The position numbers and the translations under genes were made by a program. The notes under the pieces are model-generated. The model did no database searches. It saw only the letters and a program-made list of their open reading frames with translations, and was not told the origin of the DNA. DNA of 39,105 nt from the NCBI GenBank assembly GCA_002269645.1, contig NIVC01004656.1:1-39105 (forward strand), given 5' to 3'. The stretch comes from Macrostomum lignano (lineage: Eukaryota). This document shows positions 12,201 to 27,200 of the stretch, in pieces (position 1 is the first letter of the stretch; every line of letters begins with the position of its first letter).

Positions 12201-15200
12201 GCACACCGTGTGTTTGTGCACACCGTGTGTTTGTGCACACCGTGTGTTTGTGCACCGTGTGTTTGTGCACACCGTGTGTTTGTGCACACCGTGTGTTTGT
12301 GCACACCGTGTGTTTGTGCACACCGTGTGTTTGTGCACACCGTGTGTTTGTGCATACCGTGTGTTTGTGCATACCGTGTGTTTGTGCACACCGTGTGTTT
12401 GTGCACACCGTGTGTTTGTGCACACCGTGTGTTTGTGCACACCGTGTGTTTGTGCACACCGTGTGTTTGTGCACACCGTGTGTTTGTGCACACCGTGTGT
12501 TTGTGCACCGTGTGTTTGTGCACACCGTGTGTTTGTGCATACCGTGTGTTTGTGCACACCGTGTGTTTGTGCACACCGTGTGTTTGTGCACACCGTGTGT
12601 TTGTGCACACCGTGTGTTTGTGCACACCGTGTGTTTGTGCACACCGTGTGTTTGTGCACCGTGTGTTTGTGCACACCGTGTGTTTGTGCACACCGTGTGT
12701 TTGTGCACACCGTGTGTTTGTGCACACCGTGTGTTTGTGCACACCGTGTGTTTGTGCACACCGTGTGTTTGTGCACACCGTGTGTTTGTGCATACCGTGT
12801 GTTTGTGCACACCGTGTGTTTGTGCATACCGTGTGTTTGTGCACACCGTGTGTTTGTGCACACCGTGTGTTTGTGCACACCGTGTGTTTGTGCACACCGT
12901 GTGTTTGTGCACACCGTGTGTTTGTGCACACCGTGTGTTTGTGCACACCGTGTGTTTGTGCACACCGTGTGTTTGTGCATACCGTGTGTTTGTGCACACC
13001 GTGTGTTTGTGCATACCGTGTGTTTGTGCATACCGTGTGTTTGTGCACACCGTGTGTTTGTGCACACCGTGTGTTTGTGCACACCGTGTGTTTGTGCACA
13101 CCGTGTGTTTGTGCACACCGTGTGTTTGTGCACACCGTGTGTTTGTGCACACCGTGTGTTTGTGCACACCGTGTGTTTGTGCATACCGTGTGTTTGTGCA
13201 CACCGTGTGTTTGTGCACACCGTGTGTTTGTGCACACCGTGTGTTTGTGCACACCGTGTGTTTGTGCACACCGTGTGTTTGTGCACACCGTGTGTTTGTG
13301 CATACCGTGTGTTTGTGCACACCGTGTGTTTGTGCACACCGTGTGTTTGTGCACACCGTGTGTTTGTGCACACCGTGTGTTTGTGCACACCGTGTGTTTG
13401 TGCACACCGTGTGTTTGTGCACACCGTGTGTTTGTGCACACCGTGTGTTTGTGCACACCGTGTGTTTGTGCACACCGTGTGTTTGTGCATACCGTGTGTT
13501 TGTGCACACCGTGTGTTTGTGCACACCGTGTGTTTGTGCACACCGTGTGTTTGTGCACACCGTGTGTTTGTGCACACCGTGTGTTTGTGCACACCGTGTG
13601 TTTGTGCACACCGTGTGTTTGTGCACACCGTGTGTTTGTGCACACCGTGTGTTTGTGCACACCGTGTGTTTGTGCACACCGTGTGTTTGTGCACACCGTG
13701 TGTTTGTGCACACCGTGTGTTTGTGCACACCGTGTGTTTGTGCACACCGTGTGTTTGTGCACACCGTGTGTTTGTGCACACCGTGTGTTTGTGCATACCG
13801 TGTGTTTGTGCACACCGTGTGTTTGTGCATACCGTGTGTTTGTGCACACCGTGTGTTTGTGCATACCGTGTGTTTGTGCACACCGTGTGTTTGTGCACAC
13901 CGTGTGTTTGTGCACACCGTGTGTTTGTGCACACCGTGTGTTTGTGCACACCGTGTGTTTGTGCACACCGTGTGTTTGTGCACACCGTGTGTTTGTGCAC
14001 ACCGTGTGTTTGTGCACACCGTGTGTTTGTGCATACCGTGTGTTTGTGCACACCGTGTGTTTGTGCACACCGTGTGTTTGTGCATACCGTGTGTTTGTGC
14101 ATACCGTGTGTTTGTGCATACCGTGTGTTTGTGCACACCGTGTGTTTGTGCATACCGTGTGTTTGTGCACACCGTGTGTTTGTGCACACCGTGTGTTTGT
14201 GCACACCGTGTGTTTGTGCACACCGTGTGTTTGTGCACACCGTGTGTTTGTGCACACCGTGTGTTTGTGCACACCGTGTGTTTGTGCACACCGTGTGTTT
14301 GTGCACACCGTGTGTTTGTGCACACCGTGTGTTTGTGCACACCGTGTGTTTGTGCATACCGTGTGTTTGTGCACACCGTGTGTTTGTGCACACCGTGTGT
14401 TTGTGCACACCGTGTGTTTGTGCACACCGTGTGTTTGTGCACACCGTGTGTTTGTGCACACCGTGTGTTTGTGCACACCGTGTGTTTGTGCATACCGTGT
14501 GTTTGTGCACACCGTGTGTTTGTGCACACCGTGTGTTTGTGCACACCGTGTGTTTGTGCACACCGTGTGTTTGTGCATACCGTGTGTTTGTGCACACCGT
14601 GTGTTTGTGCACACCGTGTGTTTGTGCATACCGTGTGTTTGTGCATACCGTGTGTTTGTGCACACCGTGTGTTTGTGCACACCGTGTGTTTGTGCACACC
14701 GTGTGTTTGTGCACACCGTGTGTTTGTGCACACCGTGTGTTTGTGCACACCGTGTGTTTGTGCACACCGTGTGTTTGTGCACACCGTGTGTTTGTGCATA
14801 CCGTGTGTTTGTGCACACCGTGTGTTTGTGCACACCGTGTGTTTGTGCACACCGTGTGTTTGTGCACACCGTGTGTTTGTGCATACCGTGTGTTTGTGCA
14901 TACCGTGTGTTTGTGCACACCGTGTGTTTGTGCACACCGTGTGTTTGTGCACACCGTGTGTTTGTGCATACCGTGTGTTTGTGCACACCGTGTGTTTGTG
15001 CATACCGTGTGTTTGTGCACACCGTGTGTTTGTGCACACCGTGTGTTTGTGCACACCGTGTGTTTGTGCACACCGTGTGTTTGTGCACACCGTGTGTTTG
15101 TGCATACCGTGTGTTTGTGCACACCGTGTGTTTGTGCACACCGTGTGTTTGTGCACACCGTGTGTTTGTGCATACCGTGTGTTTGTGCACACCGTGTGTT

Positions 15201-18200
15201 TGTGCACACCGTGTGTTTGTGCATACCGTGTGTTTGTGCACACCGTGTGTTTGTGCACACCGTGTGTTTGTGCACACCGTGTGTTTGTGCACACCGTGTG
15301 TTTGTGCACACCGTGTGTTTGTGCACACCGTGTGTTTGTGCACACCGTGTGTTTGTGCACACCGTGTGTTTGTGCACACCGTGTGTTTGTGCACACCGTG
15401 TGTTTGTGCACACCGTGTGTTTGTGCACACCGTGTGTTTGTGCATACCGTGTGTTTGTGCACACCGTGTGTTTGTGCACACCGTGTGTTTGTGCACACCG
15501 TGTGTTTGTGCACACCGTGTGTTTGTGCACACCGTGTGTTTGTGCACACCGTGTGTTTGTGCACACCGTGTGTTTGTGCACACCGTGTGTTTGTGCACAC
15601 CGTGTGTTTGTGCATACCGTGTGTTTGTGCACACCGTGTGTTTGTGCACACCGTGTGTTTGTGCACACCGTGTGTTTGTGCACACCGTGTGTTTGTGCAA
15701 CCGTGTGTTTGTGCACACCGTGTGTTTGTGCACACCGTGTGTTTGTGCACACCGTGTGTTTGTGCACACCGTGTGTTTGTGCACACCGTGTGTTTGTGCA
15801 CACCGTGTGTTTGTGCACACCGTGTGTTTGTGCACACCGTGTGTTTGTGCATACCGTGTGTTTGTGCACACCGTGTGTTTGTGCACACCGTGTGTTTGTG
15901 CACACCGTGTGTTTGTGCACACCGTGTGTTTGTGCATACCGTGTGTTTGTGCACACCGTGTGTTTGTGCATACCGTGTGTTTGTGCACACCGTGTGTTTG
16001 TGCACACCGTGTGTTTGTGCACACCGTGTGTTTGTGCACACCGTGTGTTTGTGCATACCGTGTGTTTGTGCACACCGTGTGTTTGTGCACACCGTGTGTT
16101 TGTGCATACCGTGTGTTTGTGCACACCGTGTGTTTGTGCATACCGTGTGTTTGTGCACACCGTGTGTTTGTGCACACCGTGTGTTTGTGCACACCGTGTG
16201 TTTGTGCACACCGTGTGTTTGTGCACACCGTGTGTTTGTGCACACCGTGTGTTTGTGCATACCGTGTGTTTGTGCACACCGTGTGTTTGTGCACACCGTG
16301 TGTTTGTGCACACCGTGTGTTTGTGCACACCGTGTGTTTGTGCACACCGTGTGTTTGTGCACACCGTGTGTTTGTGCACACCGTGTGTTTGTGCATACCG
16401 TGTGTTTGTGCATACCGTGTGTTTGTGCATACCGTGTGTTTGTGCACACCGTGTGTTTGTGCACACCGTGTGTTTGTGCACACCGTGTGTTTGTGCACAC
16501 CGTGTGTTTGTGCACACCGTGTGTTTGTGCACACCGTGTGTTTGTGCACACCGTGTGTTTGTGCACACCGTGTGTTTGTGCATACCGTGTGTTTGTGCAC
16601 ACCGTGTGTTTGTGCATACCGTGTGTTTGTGCATACCGTGTGTTTGTGCATACCGTGTGTTTGTGCATACCGTGTGTTTGTGCATACCGTGTGTTTGTGC
16701 ACACCGTGTGTTTGTGCATACCGTGTGTTTGTGCACACCGTGTGTTTGTGCACACCGTGTGTTTGTGCACACCGTGTGTTTGTGCACACCGTGTGTTTGT
16801 GCACACCGTGTGTTTGTGCACACCGTGTGTTTGTGCATACCGTGTGTTTGTGCAAACCGTGTGTTTGTGCACACCGTGTGTTTGTGCATACCGTGTGTTT
16901 GTGCATACCGTGTGTTTGTGCACACCGTGTGTTTGTGCATACCGTGTGTTTGTGCACACCGTGTGTTTGTGCACACCGTGTGTTTGTGCACACCGTGTGT
17001 TTGTGCATACCGTGTGTTTGTGCATACCGTGTGTTTGTGCACACCGTGTGTTTGTGCATACCGTGTGTTTGTGCATACCGTGTGTTTGTGCATACCGTGT
17101 GTTTGTGCACACCGTGTGTTTGTGCATACCGTGTGTTTGTGCACACCGTGTGTTTGTGCATACCGTGTGTTTGTGCACACCGTGTGTTTGTGCACACCGT
17201 GTGTTTGTGCACACCGTGTGTTTGTGCACACCGTGTGTTTGTGCACACCGTGTGTTTGTGCATACCGTGTGTTTGTGCACACCGTGTGTTTGTGCACACC
17301 GTGTGTTTGTGCACACCGTGTGTTTGTGCATACCGTGTGTTTGTGCACACCGCGTGTTTGTGCACACCGTGTGTTTGTGCACACCGTGTGTTTGTGCACA
17401 CCGTGTGTTTGTGCACACCGTGTGTTTGTGCACACCGTGTGTTTGTGCATACCGTGTGTTTGTGCATACCGTGTGTTTGTGCACACCGTGTGTTTGTGCA
17501 CACCGTGTGTTTGTGCACACCGTGTGTTTGTGCATACCGTGTGTTTGTGCACACCGTGTGTTTGTGCACACCGTGTGTTTGTGCACACCGTGTGTTTGTG
17601 CATACCGTGTGTTTGTGCACACCGTGTGTTTGTGCACACCGTGTGTTTGTGCATACCGTGTGTTTGTGCATACCGTGTGTTTGTGCACACCGTGTGTTTG
17701 TGCACACCGTGTGTTTGTGCATACCGTGTGTTTGTGCATACCGTGTGTTTGTGCACACGTGTGTTTGTGCACACCGTGTGTTTGTGCATACCGTGTGTTT
17801 GTGCATACCGTGTGTTTGTGCACACCGTGTGTTTGTGCATACCGTGTGTTTGTGCAACCGTGTGTTTGTGCACACCGTGTGTTTGTGCATACCGTGTGTT
17901 TGTGCATACCGTGTGTTTGTGCACACCGTGTGTTTGTGCATACCGTGTGTTTGTGCACACCGTGTGTTTGTGCACACCGTGTGTTTGTGCATACCGTGTG
18001 TTTGTGCACACCGTGTGTTTGTGCATACCGTGTGTTTGTGCATACCGTGTGTTTGTGCACACCGTGTGTTTGTGCACACCGTGTGTTTGTGCATACCGTG
18101 TGTTTGTGCATACCGTGTGTTTGTGCATACCGTGTGTTTGTGCATACCGTGTGTTTGTGCACACCGTGTGTTTGTGCATACCGTGTGTTTGTGCACACCG

Positions 18201-21200
18201 TGTGTTTGTGCACACCGTGTGTTTGTGCACACCGTGTGTTTGTGCACACCGTGTGTTTGTGCACACCGTGTGTTTGTGCACACCGTGTGTTTGTGCACAC
18301 CGTGTGTTTGTGCATACCGTGTGTTTGTGCACACCGTGTGTTTGTGCACACCGTGTGTTTGTGCATACCGTGTGTTTGTGCACACCGTGTGTTTGTGCAT
18401 ACCGTGTGTTTGTGCACACCGTGTGTTTGTGCACACCGTGTGTTTGTGCACACCGTGTGTTTGTGCATACCGTGTGTTTGTGCAACCGTGTGTTTGTGCA
18501 CACCGTGTGTTTGTGCATACCGTGTGTTTGTGCACACCGTGTGTTTGTGCACACCGTGTGTTTGTGCACACCGTGTGTTTGTGCACACCGTGTGTTTGTG
18601 CATACCGTGTGTTTGTGCACACCGTGTGTTTGTGCACACCGTGTGTTTGTGCATACCGTGTGTTTGTGCACACCGTGTGTTTGTGCACACCGTGTGTTTG
18701 TGCACACCGTGTGTTTGTGCACACCGTGTGTTTGTGCATACCGTGTGTTTGTGCATACCGTGTGTTTGTGCACACCGTGTGTTTGTGCATACCGTGTGTT
18801 TGTGCATACCGTGTGTTTGTGCATACCGTGTGTTTGTGCACACCGTGTGTTTGTGCATACCGTGTGTTTGTGCACACCGTGTGTTTGTGCACACCGTGTG
18901 TTTGTGCACACCGTGTGTTTGTGCACACCGTGTGTTTGTGCATACCGTGTGTTTGTGCACACCGTGTGTTTGTGCACACCGTGTGTTTGTGCAACCGTGT
19001 GTTTGTGCACACCGTGTGTTTGTGCATACCGTGTGTTTGTGCACACCGTGTGTTTGTGCACACCGTGTGTTTGTGCATACCGTGTGTTTGTGCACACCGT
19101 GTGTTTGTGCATACCGTTGTTTGTGCACACCGTGTGTTTGTGCACACCGTGTGTTTGTGCACACCGTGTGTTTGTGCACACCTGTGTTTGTGCATACCGT
19201 GTGTTTGTGCACACCGTGTGTTTGTGCACACCGTGTGTTTGTGCATACCGTGTGTTTGTGCACACCGCGTGTTTGTGCATACCGCGTGTTTGTGCACACC
19301 GTGTGTTTGTGCACACCGTGTGTTTGTGCACACCGTGTGTTTGTGCATACCGTGTGTTTGTGCACACCGTGTGTTTGTGCATACCGTGTGTTTGTGCATA
19401 CCGTGTGTTTGTGCACACCGTGTGTTTGTGCATACCGTGTGTTTGTGCATACCGTGTGTTTGTGCACACCGTGTGTTTGTGCACACCGTGTGTTTGTGCA
19501 TACCGTGTGTTTGTGCATACCGTGTGTTTGTGCATACCGTGTGTTTGTGCATACCGTGTGTTTGTGCACACCGTGTGTTTGTGCATACCGTGTGTTTGTG
19601 CACACCGTGTGTTTGTGCACACCGTGTGTTTGTGCACACCGTGTGTTTGTGCACACCGTGTGTTTGTGCACACCGTGTGTTTGTGCACACCGTGTGTTTG
19701 TGCATACCGTGTGTTTGTGCACACCGTGTGTTTGTGCACACCGTGTGTTTGTGCATACCGTGTGTTTGTGCATACCGTGTGTTTGTGCACACCGTGTGTT
19801 TGTGCATACCGTGTGTTTGTGCACACCGTGTGTTTGTGCACACCGTGTGTTTGTGCACACCGTGTGTTTGTGCATACCGTGTGTTTGTGCATACCGTGTG
19901 TTTGTGCACACCGTGTGTTTGTGCACACCGTGTGTTTGTGCATACCGTGTGTTTGTGCATACCGTGTGTTTGTGCATACCGTGTGTTTGTGCACACCGTG
20001 TGTTTGTGCATACCGTGTGTTTGTGCACACCGTGTGTTTGTGCACACCGTGTGTTTGTGCACACCGTGTGTTTGTGCACACCGTGTGTTTGTGCAACCGT
20101 GTGTTTGTGCACACCGTGTGTTTGTGCACACCGTGTGTTTGTGCATACCGTGTGTTTGTGCACACCGTGTGTTTGTGCACACCGTGTGTTTGTGCACACC
20201 GTGTGTTTGTGCATACCGTGTGTTTGTGCACACCGTGTGTTTGTGCACACCGTGTGTTTGTGCACACCGTGTGTTTGTGCACACCGTGTGTTTGTGCACA
20301 CCGTGTGTTTGTGCACACCGTGTGTTTGTGCACACCGTGTGTTTGTGCACACCGTGTGTTTGTGCACACCGTGTGTTTGTGCACACCGTGTGTTTGTGCA
20401 CACCGTGTGTTTGTGCACACCGTGTGTTTGTGCACACCGTGTGTTTGTGCACACCGTGTGTTTGTGCACACCGTGTGTTTGTGCATACCGTGTGTTTGTG
20501 CACACCGTGTGTTTGTGCACACCGTGTGTTTGTGCATACCGTGTGTTTGTGCATACCGTGTGTTTGTGCACACCGTGTGTTTGTGCATACCGTGTGTTTG
20601 TGCACACCGTGTGTTTGTGCATACCGTGTGTTTGTGCATACCGTGTGTTTGTGCATACCGTGTGTTTGTGCACACCGTGTGTTTGTGCACACCGTGTGTT
20701 TGTGCACACCGTGTGTTTGTGCACACCGTGTGTTTGTGCACACCGTGTGTTTGTGCACACCGTGTGTTTGTGCACACCGTGTGTTTGTGCACACCGTGTG
20801 TTTGTGCACACCGTGTGTTTGTGCACACCGTGTGTTTGTGCACACCGTGTGTTTGTGCACACCGTGTGTTTGTGCATACCGTGTGTTTGTGCACACCGTG
20901 TGTTTGTGCACACCGTGTGTTTGTGCATACCGTGTGTTTGTGCACACCGTGTGTTTGTGCACACCGTGTGTTTGTGCACACCGTGTGTTTGTGCACACCG
21001 TGTGTTTGTGCATACCGTGTGTTTGTGCACACCGTGTGTTTGTGCACACCGTGTGTTTGTGCATACCGTGTGTTTGTGCACACCGTGTGTTTGTGCACAC
21101 CGTGTGTTTGTGCACACCGTGTGTTTGTGCACACCGTGTGTTTGTGCATACCGTGTGTTTGTGCATACCGTGTGTTTGTGCACACCGTGTGTTTGTGCAT

Positions 21201-24200
21201 ACCGTGTGTTTGTGCATACCGTGTGTTTGTGCATACCGTGTGTTTGTGCACACCGTGTGTTTGTGCATACCGTGTGTTTGTGCACACCGTGTGTTTGTGC
21301 ACACCGTGTGTTTGTGCACACCGTGTGTTTGTGCACACCGTGTGTTTGTGCACACCGTGTGTTTGTGCACACCGTGTGTTTGTGCACACCGTGTGTTTGT
21401 GCACACCGTGTGTTTGTGCACACCGTGTGTTTGTGCACACCGTGTGTTTGTGCATACCGTGTGTTTGTGCACACCGTGTGTTTGTGCACACCGTGTGTTT
21501 GTGCACACCGTGTGTTTGTGCACACCGTGTGTTTGTGCATACCGTGTGTTTGTGCACACCGTGTGTTTGTGCACACCGTGTGTTTGTGCATACCGTGTGT
21601 TTGTGCACACCGTGTGTTTGTGCATACCGTGTGTTTGTGCACACCGTGTGTTTGTGCACACCGTGTGTTTGTGCACACCGTGTGTTTGTGCACACCGTGT
21701 GTTTGTGCATACCGTGTGTTTGTGCATACCGTGTGTTTGTGCACACCGTGTGTTTGTGCACACCGTGTGTTTGTGCATACCGTGTGTTTGTGCACACCGT
21801 GTGTTTGTGCACACCGTGTGTTTGTGCATACCGTGTGTTTGTGCATACCGTGTGTTTGTGCATACCGTGTGTTTGTGCATACCGTGTGTTTGTGCACACC
21901 GTGTGTTTGTGCATACCGTGTGTTTGTGCACACCGTGTGTTTGTGCACACCGTGTGTTTGTGCACACCGTGTGTTTGTGCACACCGTGTGTTTGTGCACA
22001 CCGTGTGTTTGTGCACACCGTGTGTTTGTGCATACCGTGTGTTTGTGCAACCGTGTGTTTGTGCACACCGTGTGTTTGTGCATACCGTGTGTTTGTGCAT
22101 ACCGTGTGTTTGTGCACACCGTGTGTTTGTGCATACCGTGTGTTTGTGCACACCGTGTGTTTGTGCACACCGTGTGTTTGTGCACACCGTGTGTTTGTGC
22201 ACACCGTGTGTTTGTGCATACCGTGTGTTTGTGCACACCGTGTGTTTGTGCACACCGTGTGTTTGTGCATACCGTGTGTTTGTGCATACCGTGTGTTTGT
22301 GCACACCGTGTGTTTGTGCATACCGTGTGTTTGTGCACACCGTGTGTTTGTGCATACCGTGTGTTTGTGCACACCGTGTGTTTGTGCACACCGTGTGTTT
22401 GTGCACACCGTGTGTTTGTGCACACCGTGTGTTTGTGCACACCGTGTGTTTGTGCACACCGTGTGTTTGTGCACACCGTGTGTTTGTGCACACCGTGTGT
22501 TTGTGCACACCGTGTGTTTGTGCACCGTGTGTTTGTGCACACCGTGTGTTTGTGCACACCGTGTGTTTGTGCACACCGTGTGTTTGTGCACACCGTGTGT
22601 TTGTGCACACCGTGTGTTTGTGCACACCGTGTGTTTGTGCACACCGTGTGTTTGTGCACACCGTGTGTTTGTGCACACCGTGTGTTTGTGCACACCGTGT
22701 GTTTGTGCACACCGTGTGTTTGTGCACACCGTGTGTTTGTGCACACCGTGTGTTTGTGCACACCGTGTGTTTGTGCACACCGTGTGTTTGTGCACACCGT
22801 GTGTTTGTGCACACCGTGTGTTTGTGCACACCGTGTGTTTGTGCACACCGTGTGTTTGTGCATACCGTGTGTTTGTGCACACCGTGTGTTTGTGCACACC
22901 GTGTGTTTGTGCATACCGTGTGTTTGTGCATACCGTGTGTTTGTGCATACCGTGTGTTTGTGCATACCGTGTGTTTGTGCACACCGTGTGTTTGTGCACA
23001 CCGTGTGTTTGTGCACACCGTGTGTTTGTGCACACCGTGTGTTTGTGCACACCGTGTGTTTGTGCACACCGTGTGTTTGTGCACACCGTGTGTTTGTGCA
23101 CACCGTGTGTTTGTGCACACCGTGTGTTTGTGCACACCGTGTGTTTGTGCATACCGTGTGTTTGTGCACACCGTGTGTTTGTGCATACCGTGTGTTTGTG
23201 CACACCGTGTGTTTGTGCACACCGTGTGTTTGTGCACACCGTGTGTTTGTGCACACCGTGTGTTTGTGCACACCGTGTGTTTGTGCACACCGTGTGTTTG
23301 TGCATACCGTGTGTTTGTGCACACCGTGTGTTTGTGCATACCGTGTGTTTGTGCATACCGTGTGTTTGTGCATACCGTGTGTTTGTGCACACCGTGTGTT
23401 TGTGCATACCGTGTGTTTGTGCACACCGTGTGTTTGTGCACACCGTGTGTTTGTGCATACCGTGTGTTTGTGCACACCGTGTGTTTGTGCACACCGTGTG
23501 TTTGTGCAACCGTGTGTTTGTGCACACCGTGTGTTTGTGCACACCGTGTGTTTGTGCATACCGTGTGTTTGTGCACACCGTGTGTTTGTGCACACCGTGT
23601 GTTTGTGCACACCGTGTGTTTGTGCATACCGTGTGTTTGTGCATACCGTGTGTTTGTGCACACCGTGTGTTTGTGCACACCGTGTGTTTGTGCATACCGT
23701 GTGTTTGTGCATACCGTGTGTTTGTGCACCGTGTGTTTGTGCACACCGTGTGTTTGTGCATACCGTGTGTTTGTGCATACCGTGTGTTTGTGCACACCGT
23801 GTGTTTGTGCACACCGTGTGTTTGTGCAACCGTGTGTTTGTGCACACCGTGTGTTTGTGCATACCGTGTGTTTGTGCATACCGTGTGTTTGTGCACACCG
23901 TGTGTTTGTGCATACCGTGTGTTTGTGCACACCGTGTGTTTGTGCACACCGTGTGTTTGTGCATACCGTGTGTTTGTGCACACCGTGTGTTTGTGCATAC
24001 CGTGTGTTTGTGCATACCGTGTGTTTGTGCACACCGTGTGTTTGTGCACACCGTGTGTTTGTGCATACCGTGTGTTTGTGCATACCGTGTGTTTGTGCAT
24101 ACCGTGTTTTGTGCATACCGTGTGTTTGTGCACACCGTGTGTTTGTGCATACCGTGTGTTTGTGCACACCGTGTGTTTGTGCACACCGTGTGTTTGTGCA

Positions 24201-27200
24201 CACCGTGTGTTTGTGCACACCGTGTGTTTGTGCACACCGTGTGTTTGTGCACACCGTGTGTTTGTGCACACCGTGTGTTTGTGCATACCGTGTGTTTGTG
24301 CACACCGTGTGTTTGTGCACACCGTGTGTTTGTGCATACCGTGTGTTTGTGCACACCGTGTGTTTGTGCATACCGTGTGTTTGTGCACACCGTGTGTTTG
24401 TGCACACCGTGTGTTTGTGCACACCGTGTGTTTGTGCACACCGTGTGTTTGTGCATACCGTGTGTTTGTGCATACCGTGTGTTTGTGCATACCGTGTGTT
24501 TGTGCACACCGTGTGTTTGTGCATACCGTGTGTTTGTGCACACCGTGTGTTTGTGCACACCGTGTGTTTGTGCACACCGTGTGTTTGTGCACACCGTGTG
24601 TTTGTGCACACCGTGTGTTTGTGCACACCGTGTGTTTGTGCACACCGTGTGTTTGTGCACACCGTGTGTTTGTGCACACCGTGTGTTTGTGCATACCGTG
24701 TGTTTGTGCACACCGTGTGTTTGTGCACACCGTGTGTTTGTGCACACCGTGTGTTTGTGCACACCGTGTGTTTGTGCACACCGTGTGTTTGTGCACACCG
24801 TGTGTTTGTGCACACCGTGTGTTTGTGCATACCGTGTGTTTGTGCACACCGTGTGTTTGTGCATACCGTGTGTTTGTGCATACCGTGTGTTTGTGCACAC
24901 CGTGTGTTTGTGCACACCGTGTGTTTGTGCACACCGTGTGTTTGTGCACACCGTGTGTTTGTGCACACCGTGTGTTTGTGCACACCGTGTGTTTGTGCAC
25001 ACCGTGTGTTTGTGCATACCGTGTGTTTGTGCACACCGTGTGTTTGTGCACACCGTGTGTTTGTGCATACCGTGTGTTTGTGCACACCGTGTGTTTGTGC
25101 ACACCGTGTGTTTGTGCATACCGTGTGTTTGTGCATACCGTGTGTTTGTGCATACCGTGTGTTTGTGCATACCGTGTGTTTGTGCATACCGTGTGTTTGT
25201 GCACACCGTGTGTTTGTGCATACCGTGTGTTTGTGCACACCGTGTGTTTGTGCACACCGTGTGTTTGTGCACACCGTGTGTTTGTGCACACCGTGTGTTT
25301 GTGCACACCGTGTGTTTGTGCACACCGTGTGTTTGTGCATACCGTGTGTTTGTGCACACCGTGTGTTTGTGCACACCGTGTGTTTGTGCATACCGTGTGT
25401 TTGTGCACACCGTGTGTTTGTGCACACCGTGTGTTTGTGCACACCGTGTGTTTGTGCACACCGTGTGTTTGTGCACACCGTGTGTTTGTGCACACCGTGT
25501 GTTTGTGCATACCGTGTGTTTGTGCACCGTGTGTTTGTGCATACCGTGTGTTTGTGCATACCGTGTGTTTGTGCATACCGTGTGTTTGTGCATACCGTGT
25601 GTTTGTGCATACCGTGTGTTTGTGCACACCGTGTGTTTGTGCACACCGTGTGTTTGTGCATACCGTGTGTTTGTGCACACCGTGTGTTTGTGCACACCGT
25701 GTGTTTGTGCACACCGTGTGTTTGTGCACACCGTGTGTTTGTGCACACCGTGTGTTTGTGCACACCGTGTGTTTGTGCACACCGTGTGTTTGTGCACACC
25801 GTGTGTTTGTGCACACCGTGTGTTTGTGCACACCGTGTGTTTGTGCACACCGTGTGTTTGTGCACACCGTGTGTTTGTGCACACCGTGTGTTTGTGCACA
25901 CCGTGTGTTTGTGCACACCGTGTGTTTGTGCACACCGTGTGTTTGTGCACACCGTGTGTTTGTGCACACCGTGTGTTTGTGCACACCGTGTGTTTGTGCA
26001 CACCGTGTGTTTGTGCACACCGTGTGTTTGTGCACACCGTGTGTTTGTGCACACCGTGTGTTTGTGCACACCGTGTGTTTGTGCACACCGTGTGTTTGTG
26101 CACACCGTGTGTTTGTGCACACCGTGTGTTTGTGCACACCGTGTGTTTGTGCACACCGTGTGTTTGTGCACACCGTGTGTTTGTGCACACCGTGTGTTTG
26201 TGCACACCGTGTGTTTGTGCACACCGTGTGTTTGTGCACACCGTGTGTTTGTGCACACCGTGTGTTTGTGCACACCGTGTGTTTGTGCACACCGTGTGTT
26301 TGTGCACACCGTGTGTTTGTGCACACCGTGTGTTTGTGCACACCGTGTGTTTGTGCACACCGTGTGTTTGTGCACACCGTGTGTTTGTGCACACCGTGTG
26401 TTTGTGCACACCGTGTGTTTGTGCACACCGTGTGTTTGTGCACACCGTGTGTTTGTGCATACCGTGTGTTTGTGCACACCGTGTGTTTGTGCACACCGTG
26501 TGTTTGTGCACACCGTGTGTTTGTGCACACCGTGTGTTTGTGCACACCGTGTGTTTGTGCACACCGTGTGTTTGTGCACACCGTGTGTTTGTGCACACCG
26601 TGTGTTTGTGCACACCGTGTGTTTGTGCACACCGTGTGTTTGTGCACACCGTGTGTTTGTGCATACCGTGTGTTTGTGCACACCGTGTGTTTGTGCATAC
26701 CGTGTGTTTGTGCACACCGTGTGTTTGTGCACACCGTGTGTTTGTGCACACCGTGTGTTTGTGCACACCGTGTGTTTGTGCACACCGTGTGTTTGTGCAC
26801 ACCGTGTGTTTGTGCACACCGTGTGTTTGTGCACACCGTGTGTTTGTGCACACCGTGTGTTTGTGCACACCGTGTGTTTGTGCACACCGTGTGTTTGTGC
26901 ACACCGTGTGTTTGTGCACACCGTGTGTTTGTGCATACCGTGTGTTTGTGCACACCGTGTGTTTGTGCACACGTGTGTTTGTGCACACCGTGTGTTTGTG
27001 CACACCGTGTGTTTGTGCACACCGTGTGTTTGTGCACACCGTGTGTTTGTGCACACCGTGTGTTTGTGCACACCGTGTGTTTGTGCATACCGTGTGTTTG
27101 TGCACACCGTGTGTTTGTGCACACCGTGTGTTTGTGCACACCGTGTGTTTGTGCACACCGTGTGTTTGTGCACACCGTGTGTTTGTGCACACCGTGTGTT

